DNA from: Octopus vulgaris
Taxonomy: Eukaryota
Length of the DNA: 64,000 bases
Assembly (NCBI GenBank): GCA_951406725.2
Contig: OX597836.1
Span: forward strand, 47,678,001-47,742,000
Direction: 5' to 3'
Position 1 is the stretch's first letter; every line of letters starts with the position of its first letter. The position numbers were made by a program, and so were the translations under genes. The notes below the pieces were generated by a model that saw only the letters and a program-made list of their open reading frames with translations, searched no databases and was not told the DNA's origin. Positions 52,659-64,000 of this stretch are shown here, in pieces.

Positions 52659-53305
52659 CATCATCATCATCATAATCATTTAACGTCCGCTTTCCATGCT
52701 AGCATGGGTTGGATGATTTGACTGAGGTCTGGCGAACCAGACTCCAATCTGATCTGGCAGAGTTTCTACAGCTGGATACCCTTCCTAACGCCAACCACTC
52801 CGAAAGTGTAGTGGGTGCTTTTACGTGCCACCGGCATGAGGGCCAGTTTGGTGGTACTGGCAATGGCCACGCCCAAATGGTGCTTTTTACCTGCCACCTG
52901 CACAGGAGCCAGTCCAGCAGCACTGGCGACGACCTCACCCGAATATTTCTGATGCCACCAGCACAAGTGCTGGTAAGGCGACGCGGTAACGATCACACTT
53001 GAATGGTGTGCTTAACGTGCCATCGACACGGAGGCCAGCTTGTTGCTCTGGCAACGATCTCGTATGGTACTCTTAGCGCTCCACTAGCAACGGATGCCAG
53101 TCACCGAATTTGATTTCGACTTCTATTTCACTTGCCTCAACTGGTCTTTGCAAGCAGAGTTTAGTGTCCAATGAAGAAAAGGCACGCACAAGTGGACTGG
53201 TTACACCTCTAGCATAGGCCACAAGGTTATGCTAGGGGTGTAACCAGTCCACTTGTGCGTGCCTTTTCTTCATTGGACACTAAACTCTACTTATATATAT
53301 ATAGG

Positions 53306-53348
<43 letters not shown>

Positions 53349-53565
53349 TATGTGTGTGTGCCTTTGTGTCTGTCTCCCCATCACTGCTTGACAACTGGCA
53401 TTGGTGTGTTTACATCCCCATAACTTATCAGTTCGGCAAAAGGGACCAACAGAATAAGTACTAGACTTTAAAAAGAAACAAGCCCTGGGGTTGATTTATT
53501 TGACTAAAAAACCCTTTAAGGCAGTGCTCCAGTATGGCTGCAGTCAAATGGTTGAAACAAAAATG
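52470..53565 (+). mobile_element. SINE family A split by a family E element (52659-53292, minus) inserted in its central microsatellite
   Basis: Head at 52470-52625, tail resumes at ~53350. Confidence 0.75.
53152..53292. repeat. Inverted repeat, 65-bp arms, 11-nt spacer
   Basis: Arms 53152-53216 and 53228-53292 are reverse complements with 2 mismatches. Confidence 0.95.
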
Positions 53566-54130
53566 AAAATATGTCGGAGAAGTGATCCTACCAAGAAACA
53601 GCTGTACGAAGATCTCTTGCCCGTTTCAACCATTATAAAGGGAAAGGTGCTTTCATTGTTGCAGAACATTGCTGGCAAGCTAAACAAGGGCTGACAAGTA
53701 ATCTCCTGCTGTTGATGCCAAAGAATGGCCTTACTCAAGCAAGTCATCCAAACAACTCACCAGAAACCCTGGATGTAGATCCAATCGCCAGAGACACCGC
53801 ATGCCTCGCCAAAGCCTGCCCTCAACTAATGCAGGACCAAGATAGATGGCAGTTAAATAGATCCAAGCAAGCTCAACCAAATGATGATGATACCCTTTTA
53901 TCTTTCACTCGTTACAGTCATTAAACTGCGGCCATGCTGGAGCAACACCTTGAAGAAATTATAGTTGAAAGAATCAACCTTAGCACTTTTTTTTTTAAGC
54001 CTGGTACTTATTCTATTGATCTGTTTTGTCAAACCACTAAGTGACAGGGACATAAACAAACAGACACCTGTTGTCAAGCAATGGCGGGGGGAAACAAACA
54101 CAAACAAATACACACACATACACACACACA

Positions 54131-54768
54131 TATGGTTGGCCAAGAGTCACCTGGCAGTAAATCAAAATTCCATAAATACTATTTGTAATTCTGTATTGAC
54201 TTAGATATGGAAGAATGCGTCGTCGCTGAAGAAGGTCTTCAGTTTGAATAAGTTTCATGATGCTTCATACTCTTCTACTCTTTTACTTGTTTCAGTCATT
54301 TGACTGTGGCCATGCTGGAGCACCGCCTTTAGTCGAGCAAATCGACCCCGGGACTTATTCTTTGTAAGCCCAGTACTTATTCTATCGGTCTCTTTTGCCG
54401 AACCGCTAAGTGACGGGGACGTAAACACACCAGCATCGGTTGTCAGGCAATGCTAGGGGCACAAACACAGACACACATACACATATATATATATATACAT
54501 ATATACGACAGGCTTCTTTCAGTTTCTGTCTACCAAATCCACTCACAAGGCTTTGGTCGGCCCGGGGCTATAGCAGAAGAGACTTCCCCAAGATGCCACA
54601 CAGTGGGACTGAACCCGGAACCATGTGGTTGGTTAGCAAGCTACTTACACAGCCACTCCTGCATCATATTTAGATGCTTTTATTAAATTCATTCCGTTAT
54701 TAAAACATAAATAAATCTTGGAATTAAATGGTTTTCATTTACTGTCAGATGACTTTTGGCCAACCCTG
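54131..54768. mobile_element. Tc1/mariner-type MITE containing a SINE A insertion (54271-54662, minus)
   Basis: TIRs ggttggccaagagtcacctggcagtaaat / atttactgtcagatgacttttggccaaccctg. Confidence 0.75.
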
Positions 54769-54796
54769 TGTGTGTATGTGTGTGTGTGTGTGTGTA

Positions 54797-55195
54797 TGGG
54801 TGCAGGTGTAGCTGTGAGGTAAGAAGTTTGCTTCCCAACCACATGGTTCCAGGTTCAGTCCCACTGCATGTCACTTTGGGCAAGTGTCTTCTATAGCCTC
54901 AGGCCAACCAAAGCCTTGAGAGTGGATTTGGTAGATGGAAACTGAAAGAAACCTGACGTGTGTATCTATATGTGTGTGTGTGTGTGTGTGTATTTTCATG
55001 TCTGTGTTTGTCCCCTACCACCGCTTGGCAACAAGTGCTGGTGTGTCTACGTACCCGTAGCTTAGCGGTTCGGCAAAAAACGTCGATAGAACAAGTACCA
55101 GGCTTTAAACAGAAAGTGCAAGGGTTGATACCTTCGACTAAAACTTCTTCAAAGTGGTGACCCCGCATGGGCGCAATCTGATGCCTGAAACAGTC
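54797..55195 (+). mobile_element. SINE family A (older subfamily)
   Basis: Similarity to family A. Confidence 0.8.
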
Positions 55196-55397
55196 TCCAT
55201 CTAACAAATCCACTCGGAAGATTTGGGCCGACCCGGGACATTGTGGTTGGGAAACAAATTTGTTTACTACACGCCCGTGTTACATAAACACACGCCTACA
55301 TACAAAAAAAATACGAACATTTTCCATTATGTATCGTAGTCACGTTGTGAATTTATGCCTACAAATAACATATCTGTACTCATATAACCATTTAAAC

Positions 55398-55628
55398 GAG
55401 TGGTTCTCAACCATTTTTTACCTATAGACTCCTTTGATTCCTACTTAACTGGGAGGGGATACACTCATAGCCATTTGATGTCTAAAAACTCCTATTATAT
55501 TTTTATGATTAAATATTAGGAATTGTACACAAAAATGCTTTTAAATTTTGTGAATTGCAGAAAGGTAACCAGTTTACTACACAAACTTTAGCAACAAAAT
55601 CTTATAGGGCCCCAGTCGAGAACCGTTG
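55398..55628. mobile_element. hAT-like MITE
   Basis: agtggttctcaac ... gtcgagaaccgtt TIR-like ends. Related copy starts at 37727 (cagtgtttctcaacc). Confidence 0.6.
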
Positions 55629-56793
55629 ATTTAAACGAACTTACATACACGGGAACGGCTATGCTGTCAACTGAGCGGCTAGAAATAGATGCGAAACCTA
55701 CCTCGTGAATCTGTCTTAATAAGGAAGGGCACAATATAATTCTTGATGTACAAATTCTTGGATTACATAATCCTAGATGGCTGGAACACCCTTCAAATTA
55801 TAGGTCAGCACCAGTAGAATTAATTCGGGGATGATAATAAACAGCAGTCGCCTACACACACGCATAAAAGGTGCGTGTGTGTAAAAGCGCGTTTGACAAT
55901 CTACAGCTGAACAAACTGTTTATGTTTAATGGGGCTGCTTAGGATGACAATACACTATCCGACTTTAACACACATACACACACTTCCAAAGCATATATGT
56001 TCGGATTTACACATGAAAAAAAGAAAAGATAAGTGTTTAACGCCTCTAGTATTAGAGTTAAGTGTATTAACGCTTCTCTCTGTGTATGTACATTACATGC
56101 GAGTTATTTCCCAAGTAGTATTTGTTTGTGTTGTGTATATTTGGTTAGTTCGTCTTGCCTCTAATCCATACGGCTATCAAAACCTCCACCTCCGAATAAG
56201 ACCTGCATTTTTCGGGACATTAGACACGAAAAGGATTGAGAAGAAAGGTGGGGGGGGGGTAAAAAAAAGGAAAGACAGAATATTAGAGGTCAGACATACC
56301 TCTTTTTTCAGTGCGTGAGGGTTGCTGGTGATTAGGGGTTAGGACAGATTTGATCATACAAACCTTATGGATCAAGTTCTTCTATATGTGACAATCATTC
56401 AATCTGCTTTTTAGCCTTTACTGAGACGCTAGAGTAAGATATGAGATTTGACTGCTGTTTCTAGCAGATTTGAGCTTAATGCGCAAAGACTCGTTCATTG
56501 GCTCGGTGTGTATGTGTGTGTATGTGATATGTGGTGTGTGTGTGTATGTGGTGTGTGTGTGTATGTGGTGTGTATGTGTGTGTTTGGGTGGGTGGGTGAA
56601 GTTAGTTAATGTGATCCGTGGATAATCAGACATTGATTTTAAATAACTATCGAGTCTTGTCAGTCCAGTTAAGAAAAGATATCTCAAACACAAAACACAC
56701 ACACATTATAAAACTAAAGACGACCAACAGAAAAGATATCTGAACGCAAATTAACAGGAATATAGCAATGTTGGATTGGTTTTCAAATCTATG

Positions 56794-56832
<39 letters not shown>

Positions 56833-57010
56833 TCACAATAAGGGTGAAAAATTGAATATTAATTAATAACATCAATTTAAAGCACCAAGTGGCCTAGCGT
56901 AAAAAAACTGAGATACAGTAAAAATTATTAATACAAGTATAGTGGTGGATTCCCTTTGCGGATCTATTTCTAGCGTTAGAGTGACCACATGTGGTCTCTC
57001 TCTTATTACT

Positions 57011-57047
<37 letters not shown>

Positions 57048-57545
57048 GTATGTATGTATATATATATATATATATATATACGCGCGTATATACACACACA
57101 ATTTGGGGCCAAGCAAATGAAGTTTCATGCAGCAAGTACTGAATGCTTTGTACTTGCTGTATGAAACTAAGAGAGGTAGGCGTGAATAAAAAAGATTCCG
57201 CTTTTTATGTAAATAATGTCCATCATATGTGAAGAACAGCTCAATACAGATATTTCTAAACGCGTGTGTGTTGGTCTTTTAATCCTGTCAAACGCGAGGA
57301 AAACTGGCGATGTTGCGTTTCGAACCGCTTTCGATGGATGGATGATAATTGCATTCTGGTAATGTAACATGTTGATGACGGGTGGAAGAAAACTAAAACA
57401 CAATTCTTCATAGATGAATGAATATCTGTGACAGCCCTTGCAAAAGGGAAACTGATTTCTAAGAGAAGAAAGAGGGTGTGTGACAAAAGGTGAACAAATC
57501 TTTGCAGTCCACGAGAAATAGGAGTGCAGGACAAAATTAACCTAT

Positions 57546-58193
<648 letters not shown>

Positions 58194-58775
58194 CTTAACA
58201 AGCTCACACACTAAATGTAACTTGTTATCATCGAAGACGACGGCAATGTGAAGAGGATGATTGTCGCGTTGGAAATGGTGATAGAAAGAGTGGCTGCAGG
58301 AAATAATAAATAGTGTAGGATAGATGTCGGCGGCATTGATGGGGGAGATGAAAGGGAAGAGGGACAGATGGGGATTGTGGTAGGAGTTGAGATGAGGAGA
58401 GGAGGAAAGTGTGAGAAAGAAACAAAAAGTAGACGGCGTTAGTTGCATGAAATAAAGAAGCAGAGAGTAAGGTTTGATGGTTTGGATATGGAGAGTAATA
58501 CTGTCTGGAACAAGGAGACGGTCGGTCGGTGGTGCTGGTGGTGGTGGAGTGTATAAAAAGGGAGAAAGGGTTATCGTGCATGGAAGAATGATGATGATGG
58601 TGGTGGTGGCTTAGAGAGAGATATTGTCGAGCAAAAAGAAATTATGAAGATGAATAGGGAGGGAGAATTATGTTGTGCAATGAGAAGTGGTGGCCATGGT
58701 GTTGGAATCAGTTCGAGAGAGAGAGAGAGACAGAGAGAAGACAGAGAGAGAGAGACAGAGAGAAGACAGAGAGAC

Positions 58776-58810
<35 letters not shown>

Positions 58811-59189
58811 AGACAGAGAGAGAGAGACAGAGAGACGGTCGTGTAGAAAAGGTAGAGTGAATAAAAATTGTTGTGGAAAAAAAGAAAGGGTGATAGTAAG
58901 AAGAGGAAGAAGAGAGAGTGACATTATTAGGCAAGAGAGGGTGAAGTGACAGAATTAAGCAAAAATAGATGAGAGTGGATGGAAGAGTAGCGTTGTCGTG
59001 TAACACAGGAGAGAATAGACATGTCTGAGATGAAGAGAAAGAACATTGCTGTATATTGGAAGTGGTGGCCATGGTAGAGAGACAAGCAAAAGAAGAGAGA
59101 GAGAGAGTGAAATTGTGATGGTGTCGTTGAGCTCCAGGTGTGCAGAACTGAGGTGTGCCGATCGTCTTTGATTTCAGGGACTAAAGTAC

Positions 59190-59220
59190 CTGGGACCAAC
59201 TTATCCACAACAGCGTGCAT
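59190..59220 (-). CDS. Candidate first coding exon of an unidentified minus-strand gene (MHAVVDKLVP, phase 1)
   Basis: A-rich context gaaaacgaaATG and CAG|GTACTT donor, in a unique CpG-rich region. No homology recognised. Confidence 0.25.
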
Positions 59221-59396
59221 TTCGTTTTCGTTTTCGGGATGAGGGGGGGTATCTCTTTTTTTTTTCTTCCAGTGTATGGTTTTTGAGTGAGATTTGACTG
59301 CTTTTGCTTAGAATTAGAGCAACAACCGAGAGTCCCCTCTTGTGGTGTAAGGTGGTGGAATAGAGCGACCCCGAAAGAGTAAAGAGAGAGAGAGAG

Positions 59397-59446
<50 letters not shown>

Positions 59447-59649
59447 TAGTGGTAAATGAGAGAGGGAGAGACAGAATAAGGGGAGAGTATAGCAAAGGTA
59501 AGAAAAGAAGGTGGAGGCGATGATGGAAGAGAGAGAGAGATGAAGAAGAAGAAAGTAATATTGTTGTGTAATAATAATGAGAGGCAAGTGCGATGTGGAG
59601 GGTGGGACGGAGATGGAGATGGAGATGGAGAGAGAGAGTAAGGGCAATA

Positions 59650-60130
59650 ATGACGACCTCTGCTTCTCGCTGCTGCATCACTTGTGTCTCTTCGCATCAT
59701 CTGTCTTACCTGTCTCGTCTCTCGTCAGACCAGAGAAGATCGAAAGCAGCCCAGAAAGGCCGACACAGAGAGAAGGTGGGACATATTTAAAACAAAGCAG
59801 AAATATAACACTTTGTACTCACTGCCAGCTTTTTTCCCTCAAAGTAATGTATACATAATATATCCCCGCAGTATTCGGTGCTGTTCTTGTTGTTGTTGTT
59901 GTAGTGGTGGTGGTTGGATGTGTGTGAAAGAGAGAAGCGGTCGTCGTCTCGGTTTCTCCTTTGACAGATGTTTTTTCCACTGAAAGAAGAAGCTTTCAGC
60001 CACCGCCACTACAACCGGAACTAGGTAGCAGCTCTGACGTCGGTCGCTAAGCATTCTGGGATGGCGAGCGGCGGGGCGGGGCCGGGGTAAGATGCCATTT
60101 AGCAGACGCACCATCACGGCCACAGCTGTG
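59650..60130. promoter_or_regulatory. CpG-rich promoter-like region
   Basis: Unique CpG-dense sequence flanked by (GA)n/(CT)n, with CCGGAA (ETS-like, ~60015), TGACGTC (CRE-like, ~60035), a GC-box-like run and several splice signals. Confidence 0.55.
60061..60086 (+). CDS. Candidate first coding segment of an unidentified plus-strand gene (MASGGAGP, phase 2)
   Basis: gggATGGCG start, in-frame upstream stop (60022-60024), donor GG|GTAAGA at 60087, and upstream acceptor tttctcctttgacag| at 59967. Confidence 0.4.
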
Positions 60131-60185
60131 TCGCTCTCGCCTCTCACTCTCTCTCTCTCCCCATACATTTATATATATATATTCG

Positions 60186-60228
<43 letters not shown>

Positions 60229-60312
60229 CCGGAGTAAACACATAAATGTGAAACAAGGTGGAAAAAAGAATACTCAAATACCAGTGGTAGAGTAATATAT
60301 ATATATATATAT

Positions 60313-60362
<50 letters not shown>

Positions 60363-61500
60363 GTTCTATTTAATTAGTTATGAGCTCTATTATGCCGAGT
60401 CGACAGTTGATAATTGTTTTTTTTTTTTTTTTTTTGTATTTATTGGGCCTTTTACCGTTTAATCGGGGAAGAAAAGACTACCCGAAGCACTTCTTTTTTT
60501 TTTCAGGCGACTTCCAGCCAGGTGAAAGGGACAGGGTGGAAGGACTAATTCTCAATTCAGTGAACTCCGTTAAAGGTACCCAAGCACTGAGTGGTGGTGA
60601 GTAATGTCTTTAAGCGGGCGACAGTTTAAACCTACCGTCTCAGAACTCAAAGCGCAAAGAGCCGCCGAAAAAGGATACAGAGAAGCAGCTATTTATCTAT
60701 TTCGTTCGACCCTTTAACAGGTTCGCCAATCCATCACCCCATGCCGTAGCGCTGTCCCTTTTTTTTTTTTTTTTTTTTTTTCGGGGTCTCCAAGCCAAGT
60801 GAAAGGAAGAGGGTAAAGGAACTAATTTTCAATTCAATGAACTCTACAAGCGGTACCCAAGAGAGCGACGGCAATAATGACGCCCTCTACCTCACTCCAT
60901 CACTTCTCTCTCTTTCCATCTGTCTGTCTGTCTCTCCTCAGACACACAAACCAAAAGAAATCGGATGCAGTCGTCTTAAAAGGGCAACGGTTTTCAGCTG
61001 CCGTCTAAGAACTCGAAACGCAAAGAGCCACCGGAAAAAAAGATACCGCGAGCCATTTATTTTGTCCGATGCGTTAATAAGTTTGCCAATCCACCGCCCC
61101 ATGCCGGTATTTTATTTTGTCGACCCCCAAAAGGACGTAAGATGAAATTAACCTCGGTGAGATTTAAACTCAAAGTGCAGAGAGAGAATTAAAATGGTAG
61201 GGCGTGATTTGAAAGCTTCTGGCTGCTATTTCTACTTGGTAATTGACCACGTAAATGCTTCCTCGTTGTTTTATTATTGATTTATATTACAGACTTGTTT
61301 ATCTGTTACCAATATCCTTCCGACTCAGTACTCTGTCAACAAACGGTTCTTGTTACTGGGCCAGAAATCCAGAATCCAGATAATCTATTTTGAGTACATC
61401 AGCAGCAGGCTACTAAAAATTAAATTAAAGTCGATGTATTAAGAATGGTACTACTCCATACCACAAACGATGTATAAAAGCCACACTATATATCTATAAA

Positions 61501-61730
61501 GGCGGCGTGCTGGCAGAAACGTTAGCACGCCGGGCGAAATGCTTTGCGGTATTTCGTCCGCCACTGTGTTCTGAGTTCAAATTCCGCCGAGGTCGACTTT
61601 ACCTTTCATCCTTTCGGGGTCGATAAATTAAGTACCAGTTACGCACTGGGGTCGATGTAATCGACTTAATCCGTTTGTCTGTCCTTGTTTGTCCCCTCTG
61701 TGTTTAGCCCCTTGTGGGTAGTAAAGAAAT
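61501..61730 (+). mobile_element. SINE family B, full length, with 15-bp TSD
   Basis: tatatatctataaag at 61487-61501 and 61734-61748. Confidence 0.9.
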
Positions 61731-63429
61731 ATATATATATCTATAAAGTTATTGCTCATTCAGCACTGCCTTGCTATTTTACATTATACTTGGACGTTAC
61801 AAATTATATTATACGTAAACGCAGGAAATTCAGATCCACATTACCAGTTTGAGGGCGATTTGGCTGTTATTTCTAGCAAATCGAACTACAACAATGATGC
61901 TCTTTGGTTGTTTCGCGTTACATATGGTTGTCTTCATGATGACGATGAGATATTACAACCATATGAAACTCAGATCCTCATTATCAATTTCAGGGATATT
62001 TGCTTGCTATTTCTAGCAAATCGAACGACAGCGACGTTACTCCTTTGTTGTTTCGCGTTTCTTGTGGTTGTCTTAACGATAACAGTTGGATATTACAACC
62101 ATATGAAATTCGCAATAACTAAAGAACCGTGTTGCAATTCTGTTTGCAAGAAATAGCAACCAAATCTTCGTGATATCATATCTTACCGTCTTAAAAAATG
62201 AAGGACACGCTAAATAATGTGATTCTAAATACAATATATCTAAAAATACTTTTGATCATAAGTTTACTGGATCAAGGCTGACCTGGGGCTAAACGATTAC
62301 ATCAAACCTCTGTGGTATCTATTACGAGTCAACAAGAGAACTTTTATGCGAGCGCAAAACTTTTCTAGAAATAGCAATCAATTTCCCTCCGGTGCCACCC
62401 CAGGGGCTTAGGAAAGAACAAAGGATATGTTGGAAGCCACAAGGGTGATGACTGAAGGAAACATTTGATGGACAAGTTACAAAATGTGTGCAAGTTAAGA
62501 GAGAAAACGAAAAAGAAAATGAAACTGGAAATATAAAAAGGGGAACTGTCGTCCCTAAAAGATTACCAAGAATCCTTAGCAAGCCTGAATTATCCTGATA
62601 ACTAAGAGTTAGTACCCTCTCCGGCTGTCATTTTCTTGCATACGGGTGCATGCTAAGTATAGGCCCATTCAGTGGTGTTTTGTTCACAAATCCCACCCAG
62701 TTTTAAACAAATTCTCTTTGAAATGAAGTGGGAACCTTTGCCACCATCCTCGTTTTTCTCTACAATTGAAATTAAAAAGAGTCAATAAGTGCTTGACTGA
62801 AGAGGAAAGTGTCTGCCTCCAATCTTTTCTGTTGCACCAACCATATAACCCTTTTTTAGCAGATCGCTTTCCAGACATATTTACATTACAGCATGTACTT
62901 TATATGCACTTTCTGACAAGTTGTGATGCACCTGAGCACTGTATACAATAATTTCATTATTATTATTATTATTATAGAAGAAAGCTGTCTGCTCTTTCCA
63001 GCTTAAGAAAAGTAGCAGGGACGATATTCACAATGGATTCAGCTGTTAGTCCAATCCATCCAGCTGTTAATCCAATTAAGGCCCTCGTGCTTTCCGAAAT
63101 CCGCCGAAACTACACCTGATTGTCCCCCTTCCATACTCATACACATATGTGTATGTCATGACTCATGCACTGTTCTTTTCCTGACGCTTGTACATTACCC
63201 TATGTACTATACATACACTTTAGATGAGTTGTAGTGCACCTGAGCACTGTACACAATGTTTTATTATTATCCTACCCACAATAACTGCTTTCAGGAAAAC
63301 TCCACAAGATAGTGATGCTGGGGACTGACTAGGTGTATGCAGAATGGTTTTGTCATTCAGCATGCATCTTGGGCGAGCTAGGCACTTTCATGCCTAATGT
63401 TCTCCCAGTAGCACTTCTAAACCAGGGAT

Positions 63430-64000
63430 TTCTGATAATTGTCCAATACTCTCAGACTGAAAGTCCTCCAGAACAGATCAGCCTGTTGGTTTCGGTTGTC
63501 ATCCAGAGTTTTCCTATGAATAGTCACTCATACCCACAGCTAACTTTCAGATGAATATTATTGTGGTCGCATTTCTTAACTAGTAGGGAGTTGTGGATGT
63601 CTGACAACATTTCAGATGCCTGATGCCCAATCTTGGTATTTACCTGACTCAGCACTGCATCTCTGTCAAAGAGATGAGCTGTAGGCACATGGCCTCACTT
63701 GTTCACCATCCATTAATCATCGTACATGTAAAAGCCTCAAGTGCATTTCTGTGCATCAGCAACCACGGACCTCTGTGCAGAGGTTGTTGACAACATGTTC
63801 CTTCTACAAGGAGTGGATGAGCAGACACCTCACACTAGTCAGACAAAAACAGAGCAAAGCACAATGCTCAGACAGTAATATGTAACAGAGGATATGTTTG
63901 GCATCTTCTCGGCCTATTTTCTGGAAAAGACTGGCTACTCTGTTCATAACCTCGACTCGGTTCCAATCTGTCTGGAGGTCAAGACTGAACGAAAGTGGTC
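63430..64000 (-). mobile_element. Decayed L1/Tx1-like LINE C-terminal region
   Basis: Unique, stop-ridden segment whose translation loosely resembles Tx1 C-termini. Confidence 0.35.

Noticed and set aside
61752-62156. 134-aa ORF with a hydrophobic segment
   Set aside because: It spans a local duplication of the ancient interspersed repeat, starts at a non-ATG codon and has no recognisable domain

Overview
This is AT-rich, repeat-dense eukaryotic DNA. The SINE families and the (TA)n/(CA)n/(GA)n load point to a coleoid cephalopod, most likely Octopus; that is inferred from repeat content, not proven. There is no long intact protein-coding region, and nearly all ORFs in the supplied track are SINE or microsatellite artefacts. 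The window is made up of at least four tRNA-derived SINE families, non-autonomous RTE-derived elements, decayed LINEs (RTE, Rex3/Expander-like, HERO/R4-like with a restriction-like endonuclease, Tx1-like), Penelope-like fragments, a deleted mariner, piggyBac remnants and TTAA-MITEs, hAT/Tc1 MITEs and Helitrons. A CpG-rich unique segment at about 59.1-60.1 kb looks like a promoter with candidate divergent first exons (minus: MHAVVDKLVP|gt; plus: MASGGAGP|gtaaga), so positions 1-59 kb may be one very large first intron. The most notable signals are RNA-structural. They are an apparently intact type I hammerhead ribozyme in a Penelope remnant (21690-21775, minus), a hammerhead-like family with a fixed CUGUNGA core variant, tandemly multimerised compact pseudoknots in an RTE-derived element, a 65-bp near-perfect hairpin, and several closely spaced inverted SINE pairs. 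I found no convincing novel protein-coding system.
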